Assembly (NCBI GenBank): GCA_030704615.1
Contig: CM060732.1
Location: 43,586,001 to 43,650,000, forward strand
Reading direction: 5' to 3'
Source of the DNA: Takakia lepidozioides
Lineage: Eukaryota > Plantae > Bryophyta
DNA: 64,000 nucleotides
Part shown: positions 61,500 to 64,000 of the stretch, piece by piece
How positions within the stretch are numbered: position 1 is the first letter of the stretch
How the letters are laid out: the number at the start of each line of letters is the position of its first letter
The notes under the pieces: generated by a model
What the model was told of the DNA's origin: nothing
Seen by the model: only the letters and a program-made list of their open reading frames with translations
Database searches by the model: none
Translations under genes and position numbers: made by a program

Positions 61500-63903
61500 C
61501 AACCAGGGGACGCGTCCTCTATCTCTAAGCCCACTGGACTTAAGGTTGCAGTTACGGAGGACAATTGGGAGCCTGACATTGGACCCATTGTCACCGGAGG
61601 AGAGAGACGACGTATACGGCGGTTCCTGAGGGCTTACAGGAATTGCTTTGCCTTCAGTTTGAAGGACTTGGGAGCACTGAAGGGTCAAGAGATCCGTATT
61701 GAGTTGGCCACTGACACGCCAATCTTTCGGAGACCCTATAGATACAGTGACATGGAGAGGTCTTTGATTCAGATGAGGACTCAAGATCTCTGGGAGGCAG
61801 GTTTGGTGGAGCTCTCTGGTGGAGAGTATGCTTCGGCCACAGTGATGCCAGCCAAGAGTCTATGGCAATTGGACGGAGAGACGTATGTGCGGTGATTACC
61901 GACCTGTAAATCGTCAGACCAAGTCCGATAGGTATGCCATGCCGACACCAGAGGAGATCTTTGATGCCATTGGGCATTCCAAGGTCTTTAGCACGTTGGA
62001 TTTACGATCCGGATATCACCAGTTGCCGATCAAGGAGACGGATAAGCAAAAGACGCCATTCTGGGGGATCAATGAGCACGGGAAGGATTGCCTATACCAG
62101 TGGCGGTTCTTACCATTTGGGCTTAAAAACGCTCCCGCTGAGTTTCAAAGAGTCATGGACAGGATTCTAGCAGGGGTGGAGTTTGCTTGGTGCTACATAG
62201 ATGACATCATCATCTTTAGTGCTACGGTGGAGGAGCATGAGAGACACCTTCAGGGGGTATTTGAGCGCTTGAGGACGCACGGATTGAAGTTACATCCGGG
62301 CAAGTGCAAGTTTTTCCATAACCAGATTGAGTATATGGGTCACATGATATATCCTGGAGGATTGGGGGTACAGCAGACTAAGGTAGAGTCCATTGCACAT
62401 GTTCCACACCCCACGGATGTGAGCCGAGTTTGAGCTTTCATGGGGTTAGCAAACTATTACAGACGGTTTGTTAAGGGATTTAGTGCCATTGCAAAGGCTC
62501 TAACTAAGCTGACCAAGGTGGACCAGGAGTGGCAGTGGGAAGATGAGCAAGAACAAGCTTTTCAAGAGCTCAAGGCGAGGTTGACCTCGGCGCCCATCTT
62601 GAGACGACCTATCAGGGGGCGTCCTTTTCAGCTGCATACAGATTGGAGCATGCTGGGGCTTGGAGCGGTGCTCACACAGGTGGATAATGAGGGAAGAGAG
62701 TTCGTAGTGGCTTATGCTAGCCGCTCGAACAATGCTGCAGAGTCTAAGTATAGCTCATATGAGGGAGAATGCTTAGCTGCAGTGTGGGCCGTGGCACACT
62801 TCAGGTGCTATCTATACGGCAATCTCTTCACCCTTGTCACGGATCACCAACCACTCAAATGGTTGATGGAGTCAGACAAGCTTACGGGGAAGCTTGCACG
62901 GTGGGCACTCATCCTTCAAGAGTATGACTTTCAGGTGGTGCATCGACCGGGTTTGGTCAATCGCAATGCAGATGGGTTGAGTCGGAATCCATGCACGAGC
63001 CAGCAGGATGACACTGGAGCTCGGTGGCATGGTGAGACGGACGAGGAGATGGTGCCCGGATGGCATACATCTGCATTTCTGTGTATCTTGGCAGCGGAAG
63101 GCCAGGTTGGACCTGCAACAGGGATGACTGTAGATCAAGTGTCTGAGGACCCTGAGGCCAACAATGAGCAAGGTGGCGCCAAAGATATACATGAGGATTC
63201 AGTTGTGTTGGACTACCTCCACACTGGAGACACTGCAGCCACTGTGACTGCCAAGGAGAGGGATCGGATCCTACAACGAGCCAAGAGGTTCAAGTGGGAG
63301 GGGACACACCTACTCCAAGTGTGGGAGGATGGTCGAGTGAGGATTGTGCCTCACCCAACACAGCGGGCACGGTTAGTGCGGCATGCCCATGAGGAGTTGG
63401 GGCATTTTGGGGTGCGACGCACTCATAGTCTACTGCAGGGGCAGTATTGGTGGCGTGGTATGCACACAGAGGTGCAACAATTTGTGGCTAGGTGCATGGT
63501 GTGTGACAGGGTGCGTGCTTCATTCAACGCCCCTACTCCACAATTGCACCCTCTTCCGATCATGGGATTGGGCTATAGGTGGAGTCTTGATTTCGCAGGG
63601 CCATTGTCACTGACCATGCGTCACAACAAGTACGTGTTGGTGATGGTAGAACACTTCTCCAAGTGGATTGAGTTGGTTCCATTGCCTGATAAGGCTAGTG
63701 AGGGAGCTGCGTATGTATTCTTGGATTGTGTGCTTAGCCGATTCGGTGCTCCAGCTGAGGTACTCACGGACCAAGGGAGAGAGTTCTTGGGGGAGTTTCA
63801 GGCTTTGTGTGACAAGGCCTTGATATACCACCGCACCACTTCTCGGGATCATCCTGAGGCCGATGGCTTGGCAGATAGAGTTGTTCAGACTGCGCAAGTA
63901 TGA
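61500..63903 (+). pseudogene. Reverse transcriptase, RNase H and integrase, copy 2
   Basis: MCGDYRPVN, LDLRSGYHQ, LPFGLKNAP, YIDDII, LHTDWS, YEGECLA, TDHQPL, ADGLSR, HHCC and DDE. Frameshift near 61855 and stop at 62431. Confidence 0.95.
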
Positions 63904-64000
63904 CTTGCAGAAGGGACACCTAGGGTGGGACCTTCAGTTACCCTGGTTAGCCATGGGCTACAGGTTCAGCAAGCAAGCATCACTTGTCTCCTTCTCACCA

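Larger units (their letters stand above)
52810..64000 (+). mobile_element. Ty3/Gypsy-type retrotransposon copy 2: Gag-PR-C5 DNMT / RT-RH-INT; runs off the window
   Basis: TGTCAAGTTA start shared with copy 1. Full domain order Gag, PR, DNMT, RT, RNase H, INT. Confidence 0.92.

Overview
Eukaryotic, transposon-dominated land-plant DNA, probably from a bryophyte-grade host (inferred from a moss-type CONSTANS-like B-box fragment and PLS/DYW PPR fragments). The only intact host gene is a 4-exon HMG-CoA reductase (36085-38846). The rest is nested, mostly decayed elements: Mutator-like (MULE), CACTA, a LINE, MITEs and two copies of a Ty3/Gypsy-type retrotransposon. Main result: the Gypsy family encodes a DNMT3-like C5 cytosine methyltransferase between protease and RT. 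Both copies have an in-frame TAG in a CAA-CCA (CARYYA) readthrough context between the methyltransferase and RT, and copy 1 shows a PHD finger after integrase. Separately, a Mutator-like element carries an intron-containing gene with a divergent beta-class N4C/N6A methyltransferase-like domain, and a distant paralog sits at 196-4166. An eIF4A pseudogene split across opposite strands points to a TE-associated inversion. All calls are by eye from motifs; no database search was run and many boundaries are approximate.
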